This document shows positions 13,405 to 25,899 of a DNA stretch of 52,394 nt, piece by piece. The stretch spans positions 1 through 52,394 of the forward strand of contig MQRK01237968.1 of the NCBI GenBank assembly GCA_001938485.1, in the 5' to 3' direction. Under the pieces are notes generated by a model. That model was not told where the DNA came from and ran no database searches. It saw nothing but the letters and a program-made list of their open reading frames with translations. Source of the DNA: Girardia tigrina (lineage: Eukaryota). The translations under genes were made by a program, and so were the position numbers. Position 1 is the stretch's first letter. Every line of letters starts with the position of its first letter.

Positions 13405-13845
13405 TGTGAGTGAAAATTTGGAATGTTGTAAGTTTGTTGTTTGTATGCTGTTTAGATTTATGAGTGTCCTACTCAGATGGGATTGATATGTTTATTGATT
13501 GATTATTTAAATCTAATGAAATTAATTTAATGATATTAATTTTAATTAAAGTTTTATAATTATGAATTTGAATAATATTTTTAGTAAACGATTTTAACTT
13601 ATTAAATTTAATATATTTTAAAAATTAATGTTTATTTAAAAATTACTTAATACCTTTTTATCCAATAGAATTATGAGAAATTAAAAGTTAACATTAAAAA
13701 ATTTCCCATTTATGTGTTTTTTTAGATTTGAATATATTAACAAAAAACTATATCAAACAAAGGAAGATGCCCTTTGAGAATTGTTGTGAAGAATCTGTTT
13801 GTGTTGTCAATATATGTTTACGTTCAAATTGTGATGTTGTTAATA
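13405..13845 (+). repeat. 3' LTR, subfamily A (TG...TA termini)
   Basis: Follows the PPT. Homology with the solo LTRs at 16109 and 46003 stops exactly at GTTG(T/C)TAATA. Confidence 0.9.
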
Positions 13846-14539
13846 GTATAATTTTTCCCTCTTCCGTTATGTCTCTGACTTTTTGTTACAATATTTATAT
13901 TTATATTATATTTCTTTCTAGGATTTATTTTATAATAAAAGAATGTGTAAAACGAAATATATTCGAAAATATTTCAAATCAATTATAATTTTAGAGACAT
14001 TATCAAAACAAATTTTAAAAAGATAATGACTTCATTAAGTTTTAAAAGTATCATTTATTATTTTATGCTACTTATCATTATTTATTTTAGATTCATTTTT
14101 CATTATGCATTTTGCTTTGGAATAACTTTATTTTCTTCTAAGTAGGGAATGCAAAAGAGATAATAAAAGTCATTATCTTAATTTCCGAGTTTTAAACATC
14201 AAAGTCGATACAGTAATGTTGAATGCGGTAAAGTTTCTTTAATTATTTTATTACACGTGATTATTTTTTCTCAATATTATTGATAATAAGTGAACCATTT
14301 AATTTAGATTTAGATTTCAACATTATATTATACATTCTGTAGATTTTTTATTTAAGTTTTAAAGTACCGTAGTACCATAATTTGTGTCATGTCAGTACTG
14401 CAAAAGTGCCAAATCATTTTATATTTTTCTTAGATAATTGACGGAAGTGGTTGACTAAGTTTGCTAACTATGACATTCTAGATGAATCGATTTAATCCAA
14501 TTATAACTAATGATATAAAAAAGCAAAAGTCGCTAAATA

Positions 14540-15809
14540 TTAGGTTGTTCCAAAAGGAATGCAGGTTTTTGATTTTTTATTTAGCGCGATGTTATATGAC
14601 TAAAGCATGTATGATGTTATGAATCATTCGAAATCATATGAATCATATATACTCTTTCAGATATATTTATCTAAAACTTATTATAATGTTTCTTTTGTTA
14701 ATAATTTCGATTTTAATTGCAGATATCAAATAGTGATTTTTGCAACATTTACTTCTACGACTTCAAGATGGGGCGTAATGCAGTTCAAACCGCTCGAATA
14801 ATCAAGGAAGTTTGGTGCAAAGGAAATGTCATCGAATGCAAGGTGCAGCGCTGGTATCAAAGGTTTCGCTCTGGAAATACCAGCCTGGAAGATGAGCATC
14901 ACGATAGCCACCCATCGATGATTGACAACGACGAATTGAAGAAGCTGGTGGAAGCCGATCATGTTCGAGCATTCACAGAAGAGTTAAACATTGATATCTC
15001 AACCATCATTTGGTACTTGAAGCAAATTGGAAAGTCGAAAAAGCTCTATAAATGAGTGCCTCCCGAATTGAACAAAAGCCAAACAAAGTGTCGTTTTGAG
15101 GTGTCTTTCGCGCTTCTTCTACGCAACAAGAACGGCCAGATTCTCATTGGGATTGTGACGTGTGATGAGAAGTGAATTCTCTACAACAATCGGCGACGTT
15201 TGGCACAATGATTTGACCGGATGAGGCTCCTCACTACTTTCCGAAACCGAAACTTCACCAAAAGAAGGTTATGGTGACTATTTGGTGGTCTATAGCCAGT
15301 CTCATCCATCAAAGCTTTCTGAATACGAGTGAAACGATCACGGCAGTGAAGTACTGCCAACAAATTGACAAAATGCATCACGAGCTTCGAAATATGTGCC
15401 CGAGCTTGGTCAATATGAAGGGGCCAATTCTCCTCCTGTACAATGCCCGGCCACACACTGCAAAACCGACCCTACAAAAGCTAAACAAATTCGGTTGCAA
15501 AACTCTGCCTCATTCACCCTACTCACCGAACGTCTCGTCCACCGGCTACCATTTTTTCATGCATCTGGACAACTTACTCCAGGAAAAATGCTTCAAAAAA
15601 CAAGACGACGCCAAAGACGCCATTAACGCTTTCATCGCATTCAGAACTCAGATGTTTTACACTAGGGGCATCAATAAACTGGGATCTCGGTGGCAAAAAT
15701 GTATTAGTTCAGATGATTTTTATTTCAATAAATAAAGTTTATTTTGTGCTGAGTTACATTTGTTTAAAGTTTAGGTTCAAAAACATACATTGCTTTTGCA
15801 ACAACCTAA
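14540..15809 (+). mobile_element. full-length decayed mariner (cecropia-like)
   Basis: TIRs TTAGGTTGTTCCAAAAG... / ...CTTTTGCAACAACCTAA with TA flanks. Motifs IVTCDEK, (D>Y)NARPH, YSP. Multiple stops and frameshifts. Confidence 0.95.
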
Positions 15810-16108
15810 TATATTAATGACCAAGATAAAAATAAAAAATACCAAACGAGTGATTCTTTTTTCATTGATAGTCAGGAGCGAGATTTGTTGATTAACTCAT
15901 TCGGATATTCGAAAGAATAATCAGTCTTTAAAAATTGACAAAAAAGTCTAGGAATCGGAAAACTGGATTGTAGATCTTTGATAAGCAGAAAAGTAATGTG
16001 GCAAACAATGAGAATAATCGACGCGAGTGCGGTTGAGTACTGTTCGATCTTTTATTATTCTTTTCTTGATGATAATTATAGTCACTCGCCTAGAACAATA
16101 ATTTGGGT

Positions 16109-16559
16109 TGTGAGGGATAATTTGGAATGTTGTAAGTTTGTTGTTTGAATGCTGTTTAGATTTGTGACTCTCCTACTCAGATGGGATTGATATGTTATTT
16201 GATTAATTATTTGAATCTAATGAAATTAATTTAATGATATTAAATTAAAGTANNNNNNNNNNNNNNNNNNNNNNNNNNNNNNNNNNNNNNNNNNNNNNNN
16301 NNNNNNNNNNNNNNNNNNNNNNNNNATATTTTTCAAAATTAATGTTTATTTTAAAAATTACATAATGTCTTTTTATCCAATAAAAATTATGAGAAATTAA
16401 AATGTAATATTAATATTTCCCCATTCATTAATTTTTTCATATTTGAATATGTAATCAAAAACTATATCAATCAAAGAAAGATGACCTCTGAAAATTGTTG
16501 TGAAGAATCTGTTTGTGTTGTGAAAAAATGTTTGCATTCAAATTGTGATGTTGTTAATA
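16109..16559 (+). repeat. solo LTR, subfamily A, 5-bp TSD TGGGT
   Basis: Homologous to 13405-13845. TGGGT at 16104-16108 and 16560-16564. Contains an N-gap. Confidence 0.92.
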
Positions 16560-17999
16560 TGGGTCATGTCGACGATATTGAATTACAAATTGCTTGTTAA
16601 TTATGGTTATATTGTTAATGAACTATACACAATGAACTGAGTCATAAGGATATATCTAACAATATTCACCATATAAATGGACTATAAATGGAATGTCTTC
16701 TAGTAACTGTAGAATTATTCAAGTTTAGTGAATGAATATAAGTCAAGGATATGGAGTGGTCAGGTTTGCTGGGAAACGGTACCTTTTTGTTAAGGACATA
16801 TTTAGAGTTGAAACAACGGTCTAACATTTCCGATCTGTTTAATGATAAGAATAGAAATATGTTGTAGATAATTGAAAATAGTTGACTGAAGAATGTTTAC
16901 AACAAGAGATGAGTTTGGACTTAATAATCTCCAAGGTAAGTATGTCCTAATTCATATTTTAAAATTGTACTCATTGATTATATGAAATTAACATTTTGAA
17001 TTTAATAAATTTTTATAATTCTATGTATTTATAAATGGATTGCTCTGACCAACCATCTGGAGGTGGCAGATTGTAGCATTGCTCACCAGATGATACTGGT
17101 CCAGGTAAACCAAATCGCATAGAGAGATATTACAATAATTAATATGGTATTTAGTTAATCTTATGCATATATATTACTAGAAAAATGTTAAATTAAAACA
17201 TCATTGATGAAAAATTATATTAAGAGTCTCAAATGGAACAAATATATTTTTAACAAAGTAAGTCAAAATCATGAGTAAAGCTTAGACTATCTTTCGCTGA
17301 AAAGGACACGTAAAGCCCTAAATAATGGTAAGTAGAAACGTTTAGAAATTCATTTTAGAATCCAAATCAACACCGACCAGTATTCTAAAATAGAATTAAC
17401 AATCTGTCAAGAGTAGACTGAATTTCTAAAAAATAATAAGGGTATTCTGAGTCCAAGTAATATTAAAAAACAATAAGATCATAAATTATCAGAAAAAGAA
17501 ATCTGTGACCGGACACTGTACAAATCTCGAGACAAGGCGTATTCGGAGAGGATTCTGTCTCAGGATGTCAGCAAGCAGGGACATCAGTTGACACCGGAAT
17601 TGCATTAAAAACTGAAGTCAAAATTCCACGCAGATCATTCATCATTCTGAAGTAACAAAAGGTTTTCCGAATTATATTATTTTATAAAATAATAAAAAAA
17701 TTATTGGATATCATACGACGTTGCTACTGCATAAGTACCATAGCCGGAGTCGTCGTAGATTAACTATTCGTGAATTATGAATTTTTCGATAAATAGTTTT
17801 TAAATTATTTAGTTTTATTTCTAACAAATTTGGGGGAAAATGAGAAATATCGCTTTGGAAGCAATTCGTTTTGATAATAATTAATATTTTAAGTAGATGA
17901 CTTTCGTAGATTTAATTAATTGTCTAGCAAATATCAAATAATGAATACTTTCAATTTGGCATTCACCTACTCGTTTTCATTTACTGATCATATTAATTT

Positions 18000-19927
18000 A
18001 ATTGGAATTAATTCAAACGCCAAAATTAAGAATGCAGCCTTTTTAACTAAATCAATATTTACAAAAGATTGGATGGGTATTAACGACCCTTTAATTTGAA
18101 GTATAGACCCCCAAAATGAGTGGGGGCACTAATGATCAAGGATCCGAATGAAGATCGGTATTCAAGCGGAATTTTCTTAACTGTGACTCTATTATCTTTT
18201 CGATTCAAGTTGATGTCGACGAAATAAACATAAACAGTTCGATAGCCATTGGGGCAGCATTGGAAGTTAAAGGAAATATTATAGAAGACTCACCGTGGTT
18301 AAGGAAAACTGACGATTCTAGGCACATAAACGTAGCAGAACTAAATTTCTAACTAAGTGTCTAAATTTGTGTACTAAATGGGGACTAACGAATGTTGTAG
18401 TAAAATCAGATAACAAATCAGTTGTTTCTTAGATAACTGAGGCACGATCAGAGCAAAATAAATTACACGCGAAAGTCTCTTCCGAGATATTGATAAAGCT
18501 CCGATTGTCAATGATTAAGGAGTTGTGTCAGGAATACGAAATAACTTTGAAAATTGAGTTTGTTAATAGTGAAGACAACAAGGCTGATGAACTTACAAGA
18601 ATACCAAAACAATTAAAACGAAGAAGTTGCCTTTTGTCTGTAACAGATGACCTATTAAAATTACAGAAACTTCATGACAGATGTCATTTATGTGCAAAGA
18701 TAATGTTATATCTGTGCGATAAGTTGGAAATAAATGTGTCAAATGCGGATATAAAGGATTTCATCTCGAAGTGTCAAAGTTGCCAATCTATTGATCCGGT
18801 GCCAATAAAATGGGAAACTGGAAAATTAGCTGTCAATGAAAACTGGATAAGACTTCCAGTGGAGGTCACAAAATTTGATCAACAAAAATTCTTAAGTATC
18901 ATTGATTGTGGACCCTCTCAATTTACTGTATGGAAAGTAATCAAGGCTGAGGACGTCAAGTCGATTGTTACAGAGTTTTCAAATTTGTTCTGCGAGTGTG
19001 GATCCCCCAAGGAGTTGATTATTGACAAGTATACGACATTTCATTCAGCTGAATTTAGCAAGTTGATGGAGAAGTGGAATGTTCATGTCTTATACCGCGT
19101 TTTTAATCGACCAAATTGCAAAATAGAGAGAAATCATAAGACAATCAAGAGAATCACATCTAGATCGAATATCAGTATCATGGAAGCCTTATGGTGGTAT
19201 AACAATACACCGTCCGACGGAAAGGAGACACCTAGTTCAAAACTTTACAAGTACGTTCCAGTCGGTTTGGAGATATTCGAAAGAATTGAAAATGAGCCGG
19301 TTTACAATAAGGTAAAGACAGACTTCGTAGAGCAACAGTTAGTCTGAGTAAGGCCTGAAAATAATATGCCATGTACAAAGCAATGGACAAGAGGTGTTGT
19401 CGTTAGAAAATTGGATCAAAGAAAGTACTTAATAAATTGTGATGGTTTTTGCGGTCCACGGCATATAACAGATATTCGACCAAGACAACTAGACATGCCT
19501 CGAAACTCTTACTCCGATTACATGTTGGAAAATAACAACGAATCACCTTCGAGTGTTAAGCAAAGTGAACCGGAAATCAGCAACAGACCCCAAAGAGAAA
19601 GACGAAAACCGAAATATCTGAACGAGTATGTAGTAGATATAGATTCTTGTGACGAAGAATCTGGGGGGAATGTTACATGTTAAATTTATTTATTAAATGA
19701 AATATTTAACATGAAAAAAGTATTGATATTTATTTGTTTAAATAAGATCTATTAAAAAGTATTTTGTGTTTAAAAATAAATTTTATAGATTTGTTATTCG
19801 TTGTTACATATATTTTGTCTCTATTTTTGATATGAGTATTTTTGATAAACCTGCTGTCATAGTTCCAAAAGATAGGTATAACGAGCTTTTCCTTTACTTC
19901 TTTTCAACATACATTGAAGGTACAACA
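18000..19927 (+). mobile_element. Gypsy-type retrotransposon 3' half (RNase H-integrase-PPT-LTR), second lineage
   Basis: EDSPWLRK..DSRHINVAEL (RNase H), HHCC zinc finger and integrase core in ORF 18490..19347, PPT GGGGGGAA then TGTTAC at 19671. LTR end uncertain (19909 or 19927). Confidence 0.85.
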
Positions 19928-21261
19928 GATAGAGATAATTATGATGCTGCTCTTCGACAATTTCCTGTAAAAAAATTGCTGTAAATGATTTCAAAATAAA
20001 CTTAATTCATTATATTGCAGTTATCTATGCGTTTTGTGATTATTCAATTGATTTTAGAGGTGTTTTGCTTTTTATAATGTGAAAAAGAGAAATATGAGTA
20101 TATGTATCACTTAGTTGGAACAGTTGAGCAAGAATGTCCACATGTTAAATAATAACTGCGGAACTTGGCTAGTTTGATTTAATCAAACTAATATTTTTAT
20201 CCTTGTAAGATTTTTGTCCACGTGTGATTCTTTCGTGAGGGCTTTTTTTCTGAAGGTCTTTTTATCTGTGGTTTTGTTTTGTGCTTATGTCTAAGAACTA
20301 TAACGGTTTAAGGGAATTTAGGAAATCATTTTTTGAAAAATACGTTTGAAAAATCATTTAAATTAAAAAATAATGAAGCAAATGTTAATGGACCATTACA
20401 TCGACTACCAATTTTATTTGGCTTATATATTATTTAACTAATACTGGCATGAAGATGAAAGAGGATGGCCAACGAAGGATATCAAATTCCAATAACAGAA
20501 TTTCTCATGTTGGAAAATGTTAATCTTTCGTAATATCAGCAAAAATATTATTGAAAAAAATAATTTAAATAAATAAAAAAAATACATATTTTTAGTCATT
20601 GAAATCTTCTAATAAATGTTATTTAAAAATACATAAATTCTTATATTTATTTCATTATCTGAAATATTTTCAATATTTTATTCACAGAAAAATTGATAAA
20701 ATTTAATTATCTATTTTGGATGTTAATACTTTTTAAATCAATAAAAAATCCGTTCAAAATGAGTTAAATTGAATATTTAAAATAATATAAATTTATTTAA
20801 ATAATAATGTTAATTATAGTGTGATTAAAACTTTATAATAAAAAAGTACTAAATTACAACTGTAAAAATACAAAAAATAATCACAATTATTATAATTTAA
20901 AAACTTGACAAAAACAAATGAAAATAGAGATAAATTATTCAACAAGAAGATCACAAAAGAGGACAAGAAAATTGAGAAACCCGTTTTAAGGTCCTAGAAA
21001 CATTGTTAAATGGAGTTTACTGCGTTTCATTATTTTTTTATGAAATAATTTTTGATCAATCTAACATTCTTTCCCTTGATTTAGATGTTAATTTAAATTT
21101 AAAATTTTCGAAAAGTCCTTCTCGCTAAACGATATTGTATAAGTATAAAATAATTGAATGCCTATCAGTGTCTATCAGGATACAATAAGAACATTAATGT
21201 TTCTAGAGAAATTTGAGACCCCCTTATTCATAAAATTTATATTTAATTTAAATTTTATATT

Positions 21262-22895
21262 TATAAAGAACATTAATTGGGTTTTCTTTACATTTATTTA
21301 TATCACAATTTGAATTGTCACTACAACAATTCTCCGTAAAACTTGCGTAGCTCGTCATCGTTCTTGATTGATAATCTTTAATAATATTCTTTAATGTCTT
21401 ATTATTCAAACAAATTTAATTTACAATTTAATTATTATAAAAATAATTTATACTTTAAATTTAAAATAATTTTTATTTATTTTAAGACAATATTATTAAA
21501 ATATTATTTATGGAATATTAGGTTAATTATAAAGTGATTATTTAAATTTTTGTAATTGATTAAACAACCCGATGTTTTAAAATATTTAAAATATCAATCT
21601 TCCATCTGGGTGGGAGAAAAACAATCCTAAAACAACATACCAAACAACACACAATAAACACCATTCAAAAATATTCCTCACATCCCCCTCGATTTAAATG
21701 GCTTTAGCCATTCTACATTCCTTATCAAAATTCCAATTATTGTCTAATTCAAATTCATAACTTCTTTCGTGTCTACGGTTCTTTATTGTTGCCGGACCCA
21801 TATATCGATCTTCTTTTGTTATGTTTTCTCTCTTTATCAACACCTTGTCACCAACTTGAAAAGTTCGATTTGTCTCTACTACATTTTTGCTCTTTTCTTT
21901 CCTAACCTTTTCTTCCTTCGTATTTTTCCACCAATGTCTTAACTTCCTGACAAATATTATTTCCGCTGTTGAGACGCTTATAGTAGCTTGAATTGTGCTA
22001 TTTAACATAAATTCTACCTCTGGTAAAATTTCCGTCCAGTCTTTGTGAGTTTCATCTTTCATTCGTATATTTATGGCATCTCTAATTGTTCTGAATTGTC
22101 ACTCCACGATTCCCTTGATATTGTGGTAGTAGGGGCTGGAATATACTATTTCATTTTTAAATTTATTCATTATGTCTTTAAAAAGTGCTGATTCGAATGT
22201 TTTTCCTCTATCGACATGTATTTCTTTTGGTGGTCCGAATTTCCAAATTCATTTGTCTGGTAATACTTTTCTTACGGTTTTCTCGTCTTGATGGGCAACG
22301 ACATTTAAACTTATGTATCTGCTAAATTGATCGATTATCGCTAGTATGTATTGATATCCATTAATATTTCCTTTAAATGGTCCGCAGAAATCCATGTATA
22401 GTTTTTGGAAGAGTTCATCTGCAAATTGTTTCACGTGCTTTTCTTATGTTTTCCTTGTTAAGGTCTTTCTCTTCTGACAATTTACACAGCTTTTTACCAC
22501 TTCCTTTATCGTTTCTTTCATATCATTCATATCAAAGTCATCTTTTAAATAATTGTAAACTTTCTTGCTACCAGCGTGACATCTTGTGTCACTCCACAAA
22601 TTCAGTTCTTTTGATTCTCGGGATCCATTTTATCCATTGTGGTCACGATGTCATCTTTCAGTACCCATTTCTTTGTTTTCCCAGTTCTAAGATAGTCTCT
22701 GATTTGGTTTATCTCATCATTATCTTTCTGCCATCTGAATTCTTTTGATTCATCGTCAAGGGCTAAGATTCTTGTTTTAATTTTTCTTTTCTTAGCTTCT
22801 TCGTGCGTCGTCTGACATTGTACACACATTTCGCAGGAATTCCTCTACATGACATCGGCGTTAGTATTTTTCGCCTTTTCATTATTCCATTTTCA
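21262..22895 (-). mobile_element. Gypsy 3' part (RH-IN linker, integrase, PPT, 3' LTR 21682-21262), subfamily C
   Basis: MDFCGPF...AIIDQFSR integrase, PPT GAGGGGGA 21683-21690, LTR starts TGTGAGG and ends AATGTTCTTTATA by alignment to subfamily B ends. Confidence 0.9.
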
Positions 22896-24899
22896 TATAA
22901 CCATTTAACATAACTGTACAGAAATGGACTGACAGTAAATCTATCGAAATCCAACGTTTATTGTAAAATAAAATTTTATATTTTCAAATGGTATTGATTT
23001 AAAAATTTATCATTATTTTATCTATTTATAAATAAATTTTCAAATTGATGATAAACATTTCTACAAACGTACCTCTTAAATGTACTGGTCTTTGCTTAAT
23101 TTTAAAAACTTTGACTCATCGAGTTACGAATCAGAGTACCGTAGAGTGACTATCGGTTATTGTAAACTTTCACCTTGGCAACAAAGAGTTTGTAATAACC
23201 TGAAGTAACTGTATATATTTGTGTGCTTGATTGCGCCATGTGTTTTATTAAAAGAGTAATTTTTATTTTTTTTAATTGTTTTCGTTATTTTCAATTGACA
23301 TTTTAATGGATTTTATACATAAAATAAGACAAAACGAAATATATAATAAAAAAGTAAATAACACGAAATTTATGTTTTTTAATTGTCAATATATAAAATA
23401 ATGCAAATATTTGTCTACTTGATCACAAATAATTTATTTATTCGCAATTTTCCCCACAATAATAATATATAAATATAAATTGCGAAATGGATATTGGTTT
23501 TAGAAAGTATAAATTTGAGATCATAGAAACAAATTGAAATATTTCGCGCATCATTTTGTTGGTGGTAATAAAATTTTAATGAGATATCAAATTTGGTTAT
23601 TTTACAATCTAATAAAGATTTTCCGTTGTGACAGACATTTTGATAAATAAGTATCAATAATTTAATAAACGATATTTGTAACCCACGTCTAATAAATAAA
23701 ATTATATTTTTCGTCTCTAAATTGGTCGGATAACAATAACTAATGGATGTAAATTATTCAATTAACCAATCTAATAATAAAAGTAACGGATGATAACAAT
23801 ATTCGGTTTGTTTCAATTCACCATAAAGAATTTTCGTTTATTTATTTTGTTTAAAATGATATTTTTTGTTATATATATATATATATATAATATTTTTGTC
23901 TAAAATGTTAGTTTATCGGTTACGCTATGATCAAAATGCAAAATAGCGGAGGAACCGGAGCCAATCCAAGTAAGGACGTTATCAATCTGGATAGCCAGCA
24001 TCGAAACGGTTCTGTCGGTGCCGCGCCTTCACTGAAAGACAACGAGAAGTCGACGAAATCGACTTACAACCGTGCTGGTCAGCCGACTGTTAAATCAACA
24101 ATCATTTCGAAATAATAAATTATAATATTTACGATTTAAAAATTAAAACAGAAACGTTCAAATATAGCTCCTTCGTCATTCATGATCGGTCTTTTACTCG
24201 TAATAAAATATTAATTTTAATTTACATCATATGCTTATGGCACCCAGAAAGTCTTGAAAAAAAACGTTTTGTGAGCTTTTAAAATTTAAATCTGAAACAG
24301 TGTCACTCTAAGCGTCAATATATGAAATCTACTTTAGTATTAAAAAGTAGACAATAAATAAGCAGTAAATAACCCTATATATTTTTTGGTCCTTATTTTT
24401 CAGCTTTTCCTTTAACAATCTTGAGCCTCAAATATTGATTTCCTGCTCATCTGTAATTGTTTTGTGATCGCTTCCAGTCAATTTAATCTTTCCCGTTCGT
24501 TCTCAGAGTTTCAACTAGTAAAGGAAAACAATATTTTTTTATTTATAGTTTTAACTTTATTTATTTGAGAATAAGAAAAGTACAGTTAGCTTGTCAAAAC
24601 GAGATTTTTTATCTTTATTCAAAAGACAGTAACACTTAATTTATTTTTAACATGATAAAAGTTTCATCGTTTTAAATTTATAATTCCTATTTCTACTTAC
24701 ATGTGTTTTTATTATTGCAGCGTTAAGAAATGAAAGTAAATATAACTAATTTTCGATTCTATAAAGTTGAACTGAAATTTTTTTCTTATTTTATGTCTGT
24801 TTGTTTAATTGTATTTCTACTACATAAATATATTTAATATGCATGTGTTATGCAATTTTAAACGTCTTAAATTGCTCTATCCTATTACAATAATATATT

Positions 24900-25310
24900 G
24901 CAATCTCTAGTCAATTTTATTGAAATTTCTGACCTCAACAGACCTCACGAAACAATTAGAAGTTCGTGTCAATTGGAGATAATGCTTCAATTCAGCGACT
25001 GCAAGAAAGAAGGTGTACCAAGTTGAAATTGACAATGTGGTCTTAGATCCCTTTGATTGACGACGACGCTGACCTCTAAGACAAGTCTTATTCAAGTCAA
25101 CTTTCTACAGTGAATTCTGAAGCAATATGTGAAGTCATGGAAATAATTCCCTCAATGAGCACTTGTAGATTGTCCTTCGAACTCAACATTCATTAAAGAT
25201 CAATTTTGCGGAATCCTGTCGATCTTGGAAAGTCAGTAGAGGTTTCAGAGAAGTGTTTCATAAATTCACCAAAATTCAAGCTGAGCAAAATGTGAAGACA
25301 TGTCCCAAAT
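24900..25310 (+). mobile_element. mariner N-terminal transposase remnant
   Basis: Stop-interrupted frame STVNSEAICEVMEIIPSMSTCRLSFELNIH*RSILRNPVDLGKS resembles the second mariner HTH. Confidence 0.6.
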
Positions 25311-25678
25311 TGATACAAAATCAAGTAAATCAAAAAATGGTAAATTAAGTAAATCAAAAAAATTAAATTTTTTGTATCCATTTTTTATGCAGAACTCTAC
25401 TTTGCAAACAAAGTTTTTAAAATTTAAAACATTTTTTATTAAAAAGCACAATAAAAATTAATATAAAGTACATATAATCTATAAATAGATATCTTGCAAT
25501 TAATAGTGTTCGGGAACTCCGAATTTTCCATTTTTTTCCCATTTCCCATTAAAAAGTTTTTTTCGATCAAATTTTTACATAATCATTTATTGTCATCGAG
25601 AATAAGTAAGTGTGCAAAGATTGAAGATAATCGATTAAGTAAAAAGCCTTCAAAAAGAGGTTTCTAAATTCCATGGAT

Positions 25679-25715
<37 letters not shown>

Positions 25716-25899
25716 NNNNNNNNNNNNNNNNNNNNNNNNNNNNNNNNNNNNNNNNNNNNNNNNNNNNNNNNNNNNNNNNNNNNNNNNNNNNNNNNNNNNN
25801 NNNNNNNNNNNTATATATATATATATAAGCTAATAAAAAGAATGGAAAAACATTAGTGTTTGGATCTGATAAAAATACTGGAACCAGTAGCAAAGGGGA

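Larger units (their letters stand above)
9020..13845 (+). mobile_element. Ty3/Gypsy LTR retrotransposon (5'-truncated, decayed): gag-PR-RT-RH-IN-PPT-3'LTR
   Basis: Gag CCHC knuckles (~9510-9607), protease LLDTGA, RT MDFRQLN and YLDD (~11005), RNase H RKELLAI (11534-11663), integrase D,D35E (12691-13409), PPT GAGAGGGA 13397-13404, LTR 13405-13845. Confidence 0.95.

Noticed and set aside
13468-13482. LTR motif as a CTCF site
   Set aside because: It resembles CCACCAGATGG only with an extra base and lacks the 3' GC-rich part of the CTCF consensus.
14540-15809. Alternative genetic code (TGA=Trp or TAR=Gln), suggested by stops at conserved W/Q positions in TE ORFs
   Set aside because: Both TGA and TAG replace Trp, stops co-occur with frameshifts, and the intact Scratch exons need no recoding. 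This fits ordinary G>A/C>T decay.
17560-17660. dUTPase-like VDTGIAL...IPRRS fragment
   Set aside because: Motif spacing is wrong and no other dUTPase motifs are present.
23220-23255. PBS-like ACA|TGGCGCAATC on the minus strand as the 5' end of the 21262 element
   Set aside because: No matching LTR beyond it and the match is short, so it cannot be tied to that element.
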